From Ascidiella aspersa (lineage: Eukaryota): a stretch of 64,000 bases of DNA. Made by a program: the position numbers and the translations under genes. Location of the stretch: positions 8,866,001-8,930,000 of the forward strand of contig OZ004610.1 in the NCBI GenBank assembly GCA_963924565.1, in the 5' to 3' direction. Position 1 is the stretch's first letter; every line of letters begins with the position of its first letter. The notes beneath the pieces were generated by a model. It did no database searches. It worked only from the letters and a program-made list of their open reading frames with translations, and was not told the origin of the DNA. Below, one piece after another: positions 52,467-63,430 of the stretch.

Positions 52467-53219
52467 CTATTGGAGAAATATTCTTTTAGGAGGTAGTAAT
52501 AAGGAATTATATAAAAATATAAAATTTAACAAACTCAAGCAACTTTGCATTCCTGTTTATAAAATATATGTATCAGGAATAAGCAAAATTGTTATTGAAA
52601 AGAGTCAAAACAAGACAAAAAATCAGGTTGTCAATACTTTTGATTACTATCAGCTAAAGAAGTCTTAAACATAGTTGCAGCTTTGCCCACACCTATGATA
52701 TGTAAATTTCTAACATTTTGAAAGACTGTAACAAATACAATGCACAACATACCTAAAAGTTTCAAAAAGAATACAAACACTAAATTAATTTACACTATAG
52801 GTAGTATGTATTTTACAGTTACAGTGAAAAAATAGTTTGTATAGTAGAGACACTAGTTATTACTGTGCATACTTTCCCATAGCAGTATGGATAAAACTAC
52901 ATAATGCGGATGATCAAAAAGTAAATCAGTTTGGTCTCTTCGAACTTATAAACATAAACAATAACTTTAGTGCTTGTATAATGTATGTAACGAAAGTGCA
53001 GTCATAATATCAGTTGATAACAAAGAAACAAAATCTGTTATGAAACATTGCATCTACATATACCCAACTTTATGCAGTTGCTAACAAACTTTTTGCATAT
53101 TATCAAAAATAAACTAGGTATACACAAACAAAATAGGTTACATGGTTACCAACAATATGAAATGTATTTAAGTAAAGTAAAATATGAATAAAATGGACTT
53201 TTAGAAATAAAAAGAATAG

Positions 53220-53576
53220 TTAGTTATCTTGTCCTTCATTTAGTACAAGATCCCTCAGTTTGTTTTGCTTGTTCAGTGCACTTGTTTCGTTTCCCCCACC
53301 AATGCATTTTCCATAAATGAAAACTCTTGGAACAGTTCTCGCCCCAGTTAGTTCCAGTAGCACATCCTGAATGACATCACGATCAGATCTGCCCGTCAAA
53401 GAAACATCGTGATACCGAACTTTAATGCCTTTGAATGCTGATTTTGCTTTGATGCAGTAAGGACAGGTCAGTTTGGAAAACATCACAACAGGATGTGCCG
53501 ATATTGTTTCGTTAATAAATTGTAGGGCTTCATCTGGATTACTGTACCTTTTACTATTGGAAGACCCCATTTTCAT
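53220..53576 (-). CDS. Dithiol glutaredoxin (class I, GLRX/GLRX2-like), single coding exon
   Basis: VVMFSKLTCPYC, TGARTVPRVFI, CIGGG; splice acceptor (aacag) just upstream of the ATG. Confidence 0.93.
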   Translation of the reverse strand: MKMGSSNSKRYSNPDEALQFINETISAHPVVMFSKLTCPYCIKAKSAFKGIKVRYHDVSLTGRSDRDVIQDVLLELTGARTVPRVFIYGKCIGGGNETSALNKQNKLRDLVLNEGQDN

Positions 53577-53623
53577 TCTGTTTAAAATGCAGAACTATAC
53601 CAATACCAAATGTTAGAAATGTT

Positions 53624-53828
53624 GCTGGTCTAGAATCCTACCATTTTTTAAGTAACAAAACGAGTTGTCAAAAATGAAATCGCAAAGAACAAGTTAATAT
53701 GGGGTATTAAATATTATAATAATAATACTTGATCCCCCTAACTAAAACGCTAACTCGCACCCTAACCCAAACAATGTTGGCAATATATTCCCCCCAATAA
53801 AAATGTGGTAGAATTGTAGACCAGCGCC
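53624..53828. mobile_element. Family A MITE with telomere-like core
   Basis: gctggtctagaatcctacca ... tggtagaattgtagaccagc; core aacgctaactcgcaccctaaccc. Confidence 0.8.
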
Positions 53829-54891
53829 GTTAAAAATATCTTTCAAAACACTTTACACTTATCAAACACTATAATCTGTATGGTGTACCCGAATCCGATT
53901 ACTGGCAGAAATAAACATCAAAATGATTTTTTTGATTGGTGTGAAAGTAAGCAAACGGATTGTCCAGCTCGGTTGAATTCTGTAACTTATTAATGTGTCT
54001 GCAACATTTCGAGAAAAGTGTAACTGTGCACTTCCTTTGCCTTCAATTTCCATCAACACCGATTGGCAAATGGCTAGCTAAACATTGCGTCACGTGGATA
54101 AGCAGTCAGCTGTATGAATGGTAGGAAGGAGAATATGCGGGCTTGCAAATGAAGATTTTTGCAACATTAGATGTTTTTCGTGCTACATTGAATACACCTA
54201 GGTGATGGACATGATATGTCTAACATTTTTACCATTCTTTATTCGAAATAGGATTAATTTAATAACAAAAATACCGAAAACCATTCTGGGATTTCTCACA
54301 TTCTTTTTAAATATTTTGTCTGTAAGGCGTTGCTCCAAGACATTTCGAAATTTGTTTTGGGCGGTGGAGTTTTTGCAGCCTCGTATTTCAAATCATCATG
54401 ATTGCACGAAAACTTATATGCCAGCATCACGCATGTTAGTTTTCCGCCACGTTTTCTGCGGATGTTTCGGAATATCCGAATTGGCGATAATTGATTGGCA
54501 AGCTGTTGTCTGTAGGGTCACCATAAGTTGTCGATTCAGGCAAAAGCTGGTTGTCGTATAAGATAAATTCTTTCATCTGAAATAAACTATTAGGCAAAAA
54601 ACGAAGCTTGCAACGAAAACGAAAAAATTACCACGTAGTGTTACTCAGTAGCGGCATGTAATTGGAGAGAGAAACCAAGAGAATTGCGCACTAATCTATT
54701 TTAACCGTATGGTCTCAAGTTACATTATCATCATCTGGCCGAGTGGCTAAGGCGTGTTTTTCCACCTTGGCCTTTTGGTTAAGATGTTGCACGCCTGCTA
54801 AAGACACAAATTTACTACTTAACATTAGGCATACTATGCTTATGTTATAGGTTTAATTGTAACAAATTATTGTATATATATTCAAGCAATT

Positions 54892-56820
54892 ATGTCAAGC
54901 ACTAAACCTCAGGTTATTCCAGCACCAGTGAAGTTCCTTTTTGGAGGATCAGCAGGGTAAGATATATATAAATGTTTTATTGCTTTTTTGTCTGTTACCT
55001 ATCTAAATAAGCCGATTTGTATTATTTAGAATGGGTGCCACACTTTTTGTCCAGCCACTAGATTTGGTGAAAAACCGCCTTCAATTAAGTGGAGAAGGTG
55101 GCCAAAAAAAGATGTACAAAAACAGTTTTGATGCAATTTCCAAGATTCTACGCAGTGAAGGCATTGTTGGAATGTACAATGGGTAATTAGTAGAGCTGCA
55201 ATGTCTTGTATCATTGAGAGTACTAAACAAATAAAACATAAAAATAAGCGTGTGTAATGCAATTCTTGTTTAACCTTGCAGTCTATCGGCTGGCCTTCTC
55301 CGCCAAGCTACGTACACCACAACAAGACTTGGCGTGTTCACTTTTTTGATTGATGCATTTGCAGAACCAGATGGAACACCACCTGGCTTTTTCAAAAAAG
55401 CAGCCTTAGGTCAGTCATAATAAAACTATTTTGTTTAGGCAGTGTTTCTTAACACATAGTTCGCAACCCAAAGATTGGTCGTCATTTAATTAAATTTGAA
55501 CTTAATGTTTGCCTATTTCTTATCGTTTGTTCACTTACAAAAAGTTCAGTGATGAGAATTCTAATGCCAAAGCTTTGCTGTTAAACTTGTGCCTGGTATT
55601 TGGGTTGCCGGCCGCCACGCAAAAGGTTGAGAAACAACGGTTTAGTACAACACGAAAATGATTATAATTCATAATTTTTATATTATACAGGAATGACTGC
55701 AGGTGCATGTGGTGCTTTTGTTGGTACCCCGGCAGAGATTTCACTCATTCGCATGACAGCAGATGGCCGTTTACCAGTTGAACAAAGAAGGGGCTACACC
55801 AGTGTTTTTAATGCTTTGTCGCGAATGATTAGTGAAGAGGGCCTCTTCACTTTATGGCGAGTAAGTAACTTCGTCAAATATAAATTTTATCCCCTTTTAT
55901 AGGAAATATTGTAAAATTTAAGGCTAAGAAAAAAGTAGGGTGATATATATGCTAGAATTTTGTTTGTAAATAGCAATAAGAAGGAACTTTTCTTGTACAT
56001 TTTAAAACAAGTATAAATATTTAACCTGTCATCAGTAAACTGTTGTTTTTCAATGTTTTTGTTTTTAGACATTATTTTCAATGCAATGTTTCTTCCTTTA
56101 AGGGCTGTATCCCAACAATTGGCAGGGCTGTTGTTGTCAATGCTGCTCAGTTAGCCTCTTATTCGCAAGCGAAACAAATGTTGCTTACTACTGGTAAGTT
56201 TCTAATTAACATCACTGTCTTGTGCTAAAAGCACTGCAAATTTATATTAAAAAACAATATTTTGTGTTGAAACAGATTACTTCAACGATAACATTTTTTG
56301 CCATTTTGTTGCAAGTATGATTAGTGGTCTGATAACCACGGCTGCATCAATGCCTGTCGATATTGCAAAAACCAGGTAAATAGAGTTATTTGCATCATAA
56401 TTTTTTCTGTTCCATCCGGCATTGTTCACATTATTTTTAACTTCTCAGAATCCAAAATATGAAGATAGTTGATGGAAAGCCAGAATACAAGGGTGCAATT
56501 GTAAGTTATAATTTTGTTTACTACAAAATATTGGGTTTATGGCAGTTACAAATACAAAAATATATAATATGATATGTATAATATGTAAAGTGTTAACTAA
56601 GTAAGTGAGGAATAACAGATGTAATTTTTGTTTACTGGGGCCTAACCTACTCCTTATTGATTTATAGGATGTTCTTACAAAAGTTGTGCGCAATGAAGGT
56701 CCGTTCAGTTTGTGGAAGGGCTTTACACCATACTACTTTCGACTGGGCCCACACACTGTCCTCACCTTTATCTTCCTCGAACAGTTGAATAAGTTTTATA
56801 AGAACAAATACATGAGCTAG
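54892..56820 (+). CDS. SLC25A11: Mitochondrial 2-oxoglutarate/malate carrier, 8 coding exons
   Basis: VKFLFGGSAGMGATLFVQPLDLVKNRLQLSG, GLSAGLLRQATYTTTRLG, GTPAEISLIRMTADGRLP, RAVVVNAAQLASYSQAKQ, ASMPVDIAKTRIQNM, WKGFTPYYFRLGPHTVLTFIFLEQ; three PX[DE]XX[KR] repeats. Confidence 0.96.
55440..55639. mobile_element. hAT-like MITE in SLC25A11 intron
   Basis: cagtgtttcttaac ... ggttgagaaacaacg, with gtttag on both flanks. Confidence 0.6.
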
Positions 56821-58646
56821 GAACCTTGTTTCTTATGTTGAAAGCATTAAACTGTATAGATTTATATGGTGGCTTACTTTCTAGCCGAAGAAGGAGTATA
56901 TTTTTTTTTTGGTTTCACTTTAAAAATTTTCTTTACTTCAACATAATGTAAATCGTTGCGCCTTAATATAAGAAAAACATAAACTTGTAGAAGATTTTAT
57001 TTTATTTTTGCCATTATCAATTTACATTGTACTGTAGTGAGTATTACTGTATTAGCTTGTAATAAGCAAAATGACCAGAAACTCAATGGCAGTGATGTGT
57101 AATGTTGATGTGCATGTCTTTCTCCGCAGTCTTATCTACTCTGTGTGTTGAGAGTGGTCAAGTGATTTTAGATCACTGTATTGTATGTGTGCTTTTTTAG
57201 GTCATGTATACCCTTTAATTAAAGAATCGTTGTTTATCAAATGGCCGTTAAAGGTACTACGCTGAATTTTATACACCTTTCTACACTAGCCAAACAATTG
57301 TATATTTTGTAACTTTCTGTCAGTTGGTTTGGTTTTGTGTGGTAAATCTTCTCTCGACATTTTGGCGGTCGCTGTTTGCGTTATTTCAAGAAAAAGTCAC
57401 AGCGTTGTCTGTGAGGCTATGAAATTGCCAGTCAACTTTTGTGATAGCAGAAACTCAAAGGTAGAAATAGGCTTTTTCACAAACGCAAATGTTAGTTAAT
57501 TTAATCTTTGTTTCCGAAACGAAACTATAACCATGCAAATATATTATCAAAATAAGGTAATTCCAAAATTTGATCTTTATTCCTGGTAGTTTTGGTCAAA
57601 TGCTAACTCGTTTTGATATTAAAGACCCTGCAAACCCTTTTAATATCTCAACATTTTGGTTAGCATTGTTGCCACATCTACCAAAATTTAGAAACATAAA
57701 TTGTTTGTTGGGGCGCTGTTCCAATTCGCGCTGTTAACGATTTTTTCGCTAAAACTTAATCTGAAAGGGCATTTAAAAAAGTTTATTTCTAATTCGTGTT
57801 AACGTGTACAACACGAAAAAAAAACATGCAATCATCATTTGAAGAGCACAACAGAGGTTAAACTTATTGCTTAGCAATCTCACACGCCAGTTGCGCAAGC
57901 AAATAGCAAAACCAGTCACGTCGACCGTTAATCAAACATCACTCCGCAGCCTTCCGCTAACTTATTAAAACAATATTCGGCGGTTTACAGTTGCTATGGG
58001 ATTGATGTGGACCGATTAATATGCTGCATATCGTATCAGTGTAGAATAAAATCGACCTAAAATGTTTATACAAATTCTAAATATTTGGTACATTTTTAGA
58101 AATAATTTGCATAGTGAATTGGCGGGGTATAAAGGTTTCGCACCCACTGCAAATGCGTTAGCAGTAAATAGGGCTTTTAATTAGACCCAGGCCAATTAGA
58201 CAAAGCCCATTTGATAATATTATAGTACAACTTGTTATTGAAATATTAAATGGTACCTGTACACTGTACAGAATACTTGCGAATTAATCGATCAGGCATC
58301 CCTCACTAGTCCGGGTTTACAAGCAAGGCTTGATTTGTTTAAATCATGGGTATATCGATTTTATGTTAACACAAAAATGAGCTAATTTCGTCTGTAGACG
58401 AAATTTTGTTTCGTCCGGTAACTGAATTGAAAGTTACTTGGGCATTCACTAATTTGGCAAACCTATGGTAACTAGACAGTCTCCGACTGTCATTTTATAA
58501 ACATTTTGGTTTCTTGGTAGAAGAAATAAAACAATAAGCTAGGTCAGGGGTGCTTTTGCACGAGTTTGTTAGAGAACACCATGTCTTTTTAGGAGTAATT
58601 GTTTTATGAAGTCACGTTGTGACCCCGTTACTGGTCAGCCAACATG

Positions 58647-61600
58647 TCAAGGAACCTGCGTGACCTGGTCAGCCAACATGTCAAGGGTCCTGCGTTTTGG
58701 GACGGGTGGGACATTTGGGCTACGCGTCACCGGCATGACTTTGGGTGTTTTTCCCACCCCGACGTAATGGGAATCTTGCTTGAGGCTTTTCGGGAGTTTG
58801 ACAAAGGTCTCGGCCTCCGAGTCGATTTGCAAAAGTTTCGGATTAGTTTCACTGTCGTCCAAATTAGGTTCTTTCCGAGGAGGCGTTCCGGTTGGGCTCC
58901 CCTTTAAGCTACGAAACATAAAGGTGAAAAAAAGACATTTGTATATTTATTCGTAAAAGATATCGTTTAAAACAGGTAATAAATATTTAAATTAATCAAA
59001 ATATGCCTACATCTACCTACCTTACTAGTTTAGTAAAGTGTTAAAGTTATATTATTAAAGTAAATATTAATTAAGCTAACTTTAACTAAAATAATTTGAA
59101 ATGAATTTGTTTAAAGGAAGAGCCTTACGAAAATACACACTACATTAAACTTCACACAACTTCCTAAATCCGCTCTTTTGAAACCGATTTTTAAGTTTTT
59201 CTATACGGTACCGACATTACTTGGTGAAAACAACAAGTTATAAATGAAAACAAATTCACCGCTTACATCGCTTTTACTGTGTTCTGCCACTTCTTAGTGT
59301 GCTGTCCGATAATTGCATATTTATGATCCTCGACAGTCTCGTAGTCGATTTCTTCGTTCTGCCAGGGATAGGGCATTTTTTGGCGATGGCGGTAAACCGG
59401 GTGCCTTGTAAATATTACAGCAAAAATTTAGTTTTCTTAGCTAAGTTGTTACCCAGCCTATCATCCGCAATGTTTCACCTGGCGCTGCCCATGAGTCAGT
59501 ATCTCCAGGGATTTATTTTTGTTTGAGATGTAAATCGATTTCATTTCTATCTTATTTGCTCTCAAATATGCATTAAAACAGAAGACTGCAGCTGTTTTAT
59601 ATTGCACAAAAATAAGTGGACCGCTGTATGTCGCTAAATACATTACACCCATTATTTGATTGTTTGCGATAAAAAAGCATATTGGGCTTTGCAAACTGAA
59701 AACGAATATGTAAAATATGATTTCATCTGTATAAGGGTTTTCCAAACTGGAGGTCCTGACCCTTTGTATAAAGATACCAGTTAGGCTACATCTATTTCAC
59801 TGAAGTGTTAAATCTATGTAAATTCTACTTTTTTTTGGCTTTCGATGTACAAAGTCAAAACTAATGCAAAACGCTGTCGATATGCATGCAAGCGCAGACA
59901 AAGTGATATGTTCTGCTTAACACTCGCAAACTTTGTGGTTAATGAAACTGAAAAGGTTTTATAAGGTAGCCTACGTTTGAAGCAAACCGTACTTTTGAAA
60001 AGTTAACAGTTGAGGCCTAAACAGAAATATAACCGGTGTGATTAACAGAACCTCCTACGGTCCTTACGTTAGAGTTACAGTTATCTTCTTGGCCGAAAAA
60101 TTTGGTATTCCGTTTTGCGAGTAGTAGTCGAGCAGGTGCTGAAGTTCAGCGAAACTAACGCCATCTTCCATGTAAAACTGGCCTTTTTTCGAAACGAAGA
60201 TTAAAGCATGATCAAGCGTGTCCGCAGCGATTCTGTTGCAAAAAAATTTTGTTGTGTTTGAATGGCAGTGATCTTTGGAAAAAACAAAATCGTGAAGCTA
60301 AATTATAGATTTACAATAAATCTGTAAGCAAGATAAGTCGGTCGACATTAATTTGGTTTTACTTTGCTTAAACTTCATTTTTTGTTTTATTAAAACACTA
60401 ATAGAGCACCTGGCTTTTTATGAAATAGTAATTTTCTTAGCAATCAACACTTCATACCACTGGAAAATAATTTACTTTTAAACTATTTTATATTTTTATT
60501 CTATAAGTAGAAGTATAGGCTACTGGTTTACCAGAAAACGCCTTAAAAATCGCTTTGGTAAGCTAACCCAACATTTTATCCTTTTCGAGAAAAAATTGGG
60601 TGTCCACACTTACTTACACACAAGACACTGCTATCTTGCCGTAGCTGCTACTCCATCTCAGCAGGTAGGTGCCAGGTTGAAAACTGTATCTGCGTAGTAT
60701 ATCTTCTGCCTACCATGAAACGAAAAAAAAAAATAGTAGAAGTAAGTGAGCCGCGAATTTTGTTTCTAATTTAAAAAAGTAAACTATGAAGCTATTTTTT
60801 ATATACAACCAAGAATACAAGACTTAAAAAGATTGTTAGTTTTAGGGATGTCCTATAACGTCGAATCGGAGCCGATGCCAAGTGGTAGTCGATCGTTCGA
60901 TAGCAGTGTTGTAAACAAGTCATTTTGAAATGACTTAAGTCCAAGTCAAGTCTTTTTGAATAAATAACAAGTCAAGTCCCGGTCCAAGTCATCAGTTGCG
61001 CAAGTCAAGTCCCAGTCAAGTCATAATTAGAGCAAGTCAACTTCAAGTAACGTCCTTGTCGTAAAAATAAAACGTTGAACTATTTAATTTTTTTTTAATA
61101 TGTTTTATGTGCAAACATTTGGATAAATAGCTCAATTTTATTAAAAAAGGCATACAGAAAGCACTAATTTGGCCAAAAAGACTTAAGTCAAGTCAAGTCA
61201 TTTCGCCCAAAGATTTAAGTCAAGTCAAGTCATTTGAAAACAGTGACTTAAGTGCACTTAAGTCAAGTCATTGACTTAAGTCATTACAACACTTTTCGAT
61301 AGTACGGTGGTATCGGTACCGATCCGATACAGGAGTAATATCGGAATTTAAGCCCTAATTTTCGATCCAACGCCGCGACTTATAATGATAAATTTATGAT
61401 AAAAATAGTTGGTTAACAAGTATACAGGCAACTGAACTTTTCAACGCTAAACCAAATTTTGGCCCAAACGGTAAAAAATACCTTAAACGTTTTAATTTCA
61501 TCTATTTTGCTTAGTAATTACGTCATTTGGTATCTTCGGGTCGCGTTACTTCTATTAAAAATGAAAAGTCAAGTATCGGACGTTCCCAGTTATAGTGTTA

Positions 61601-63279
61601 TACTAGACGAAATACCCGGCGTTGCCCAGGTTACAAAGAATAGGGTAATACTATAATTTACGGAATTATGAATGGTCGGAATGGTCGGAACGCTCACTAA
61701 TTTAAGTGTTACCCCGTTAAAACAATTATTAAACCAACGCACAATATTTGAGTTAGGGTGGGGGTTAGCGTTTGGGTGAAGGTGGGTCAAGTGTTATTAT
61801 ATTTAATAATAATACTGTGAGCGTTCCGACCATTCCGACCAAAAGAATATTTACCGGTTATTCGTACGATCTTCGTAAATGACATAAATAAAACAAACAT
61901 ATTTTTTTAAATGTCATAACAAATTTGCATATGCCTAAACATTTGAAATGAGTGTCACTACATAGAAATTTTAAATCATGTGATGTGAAGTCGGTTAACT
62001 ATAGCGCACAACACTTGGCTAAGCATGCAATACATCTTTTAAGTAACGAAAACCCGTGACGTTTGTCAATTGAGAATAACTCCCAAACGTAAAACTTTAG
62101 GTTGCAGCAGCAATTGTTTAGACTTGCTTGATAGCGCCATGTTTAAGCAAATACGTAATCCCGGTGCTAAACTGCGTCAAACGTAAGAAAAATCATCATT
62201 GAAAAAACAAATGCTTCCGGTAACTACTGCAATAAACGCAATATTTCGCGAACTCTGATAAGTATTGCGTGGGTAAACACATTGTAAGAAGTCATTAGGC
62301 TTTGGCCTCAATCACTATCGCTAACAAACGGCTTAAAAATAAAAATTCAATTCTTTCGTAAATTTGCGAACTCTCTTGCCACACACTTACATCTCACAAA
62401 CTTTCTCTTTTATTATGTAGATGCTTATCAGCAGAGCCTATACTCACGTCTCAGGTATTGTTTTTTAATTTGATACGGCTAAAAGCTGTTTTTGATACGG
62501 TTGAATAAGATAAAACAATGATGACGCAGTTCAGTGAATCGCTTCACCTAACAAACTTTCGTATCCATTAAGGGGAATGAAATATACCTATTTAACTCCG
62601 ACACCAAAAGTGTTTTTAATTGGTGTTTTTACTGGCAAGCTTCATAGGAGCCGTCTAAATGGCCTTTAACAGAAAGGACATGATTTGAAATTTCTATTTA
62701 GTGACACTCAGTTCAAACGTTTAGGCATAAGCAAATTTGTTATGACATTTAAAAAATATGTTTCCATTATTTATGTCTTTTACTAAGATTTTACGAATAT
62801 CCGGTAAATATTCTGTTTCACCTGGGCAACGCCGGGTATTTCGTCTAGTTACACATAAACCAGATTACGATCATAAACAGTTTGGCAAAATGTAAACATT
62901 TCTAGATAAATTATTTCACAATTTGGCAAGAATGTTCGGATTTACACCAAAAGCATGCACAAGTAATTAAAGTTGCGGTTTGGGGTTATTTTCGTCAAAC
63001 GTAACCTCCATAATTTTCTTTATCAAATTAATTATTCCAGCTGAAAAGGTAAATATTTTCTTTTATAGTTTAGCGTTTCCCCTCTACTTCTCAATTTGCC
63101 TGTTTTAAACTTGGCTATGTTATTAGGTGCTTAACAACGCCTGTTTAGTATCAGTCCTATTGTAGTTGTATAAAACCTCATAAGACTACCTGGTTCCTCG
63201 TAATTGAAACAAAGAAGCAAGGATTGGTTTCCACTTCTCGATTTTTTATCAAACTAGCACTTGCTTGTTCATTGGCCAT
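58647..63279 (-). CDS. SH2-domain adaptor protein (single SH2 plus Tyr/Pro-motif tail), 5 exons, 248 aa
   Basis: Exons 63279-63190, 60709-60618, 60232-60068, 59404-59267, 58908-58647, all GT-AG and phase-matched (747 nt). MANEQASASLIKNREVETNPCFFVSITRNQ-AEDILRRYSFQPGTYLLRWSSSYGKIAVSCVIAADTLDHALIFVSKKGQFYMEDGVSFAELQHLLDYYSQNG...LTHPV fits the SH2 pattern; in-frame TAA 9 nt upstream of the ATG. Confidence 0.85.
60843..61356. mobile_element. Older MITE (tagggatgtcc...gcccta, ccgat-rich) hosting a younger hAT MITE
   Basis: Ends tagggatgtcc / aagcccta; tatcgg/ccgat motifs also seen at ~2615-2657. Confidence 0.55.
60904..61294. mobile_element. hAT MITE, aagtc-repeat family, longest copy
   Basis: TIR cagtgttgtaa / ttacaacactt; perfect 8-bp TSD ttcgatag (60896-60903, 61295-61302). 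Confidence 0.9.
61603..62421 (-). mobile_element. Non-autonomous Helitron
   Basis: Minus strand reads A|TCTACATAATAAAAGAGAAAG ... CCTGGGCAACGCCGGG (hairpin) TATTTCGTCTAG|T: 5' TC, 3' hairpin plus CTAG, A/T target, no TSD. Confidence 0.75.
61643..61841. mobile_element. MITE with telomere-like core (family B) inserted in the Helitron
   Basis: 8-bp TSD aaagaata (61635-61642, 61842-61849); perfect 24-bp IR ggtcggaatggtcggaacgctcac / gtgagcgttccgaccattccgacc; absent from the opposite Helitron arm. Confidence 0.8.
62679..62848 (+). mobile_element. Second Helitron 3' end (same family, opposite orientation)
   Basis: cctgggcaacgccgggtatttcgtctag|t plus ~140 bp that is the inverted copy of 61845-61981. 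Confidence 0.7.
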
Positions 63280-63430
63280 CGATGTTTACTTACTATACAG
63301 TTAACCGGCCATTGTTACACTTTTTATTCTTTCGATTAACTATTTTCAAACAATAAAAGCCGAAACCTAAACTCCTACACGGTAGGCTACTTATATTATT
63401 CTTTGTATATGGCCGTATTTGTCCTAATTT

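Noticed and set aside
54736-54754. tggccgagtggctaaggcg resembles the A-box/D-arm of tRNA-Ser/Leu
   Set aside because: No B-box (GTTCRA), anticodon arm or acceptor stem follows; at most a relic or chance match.
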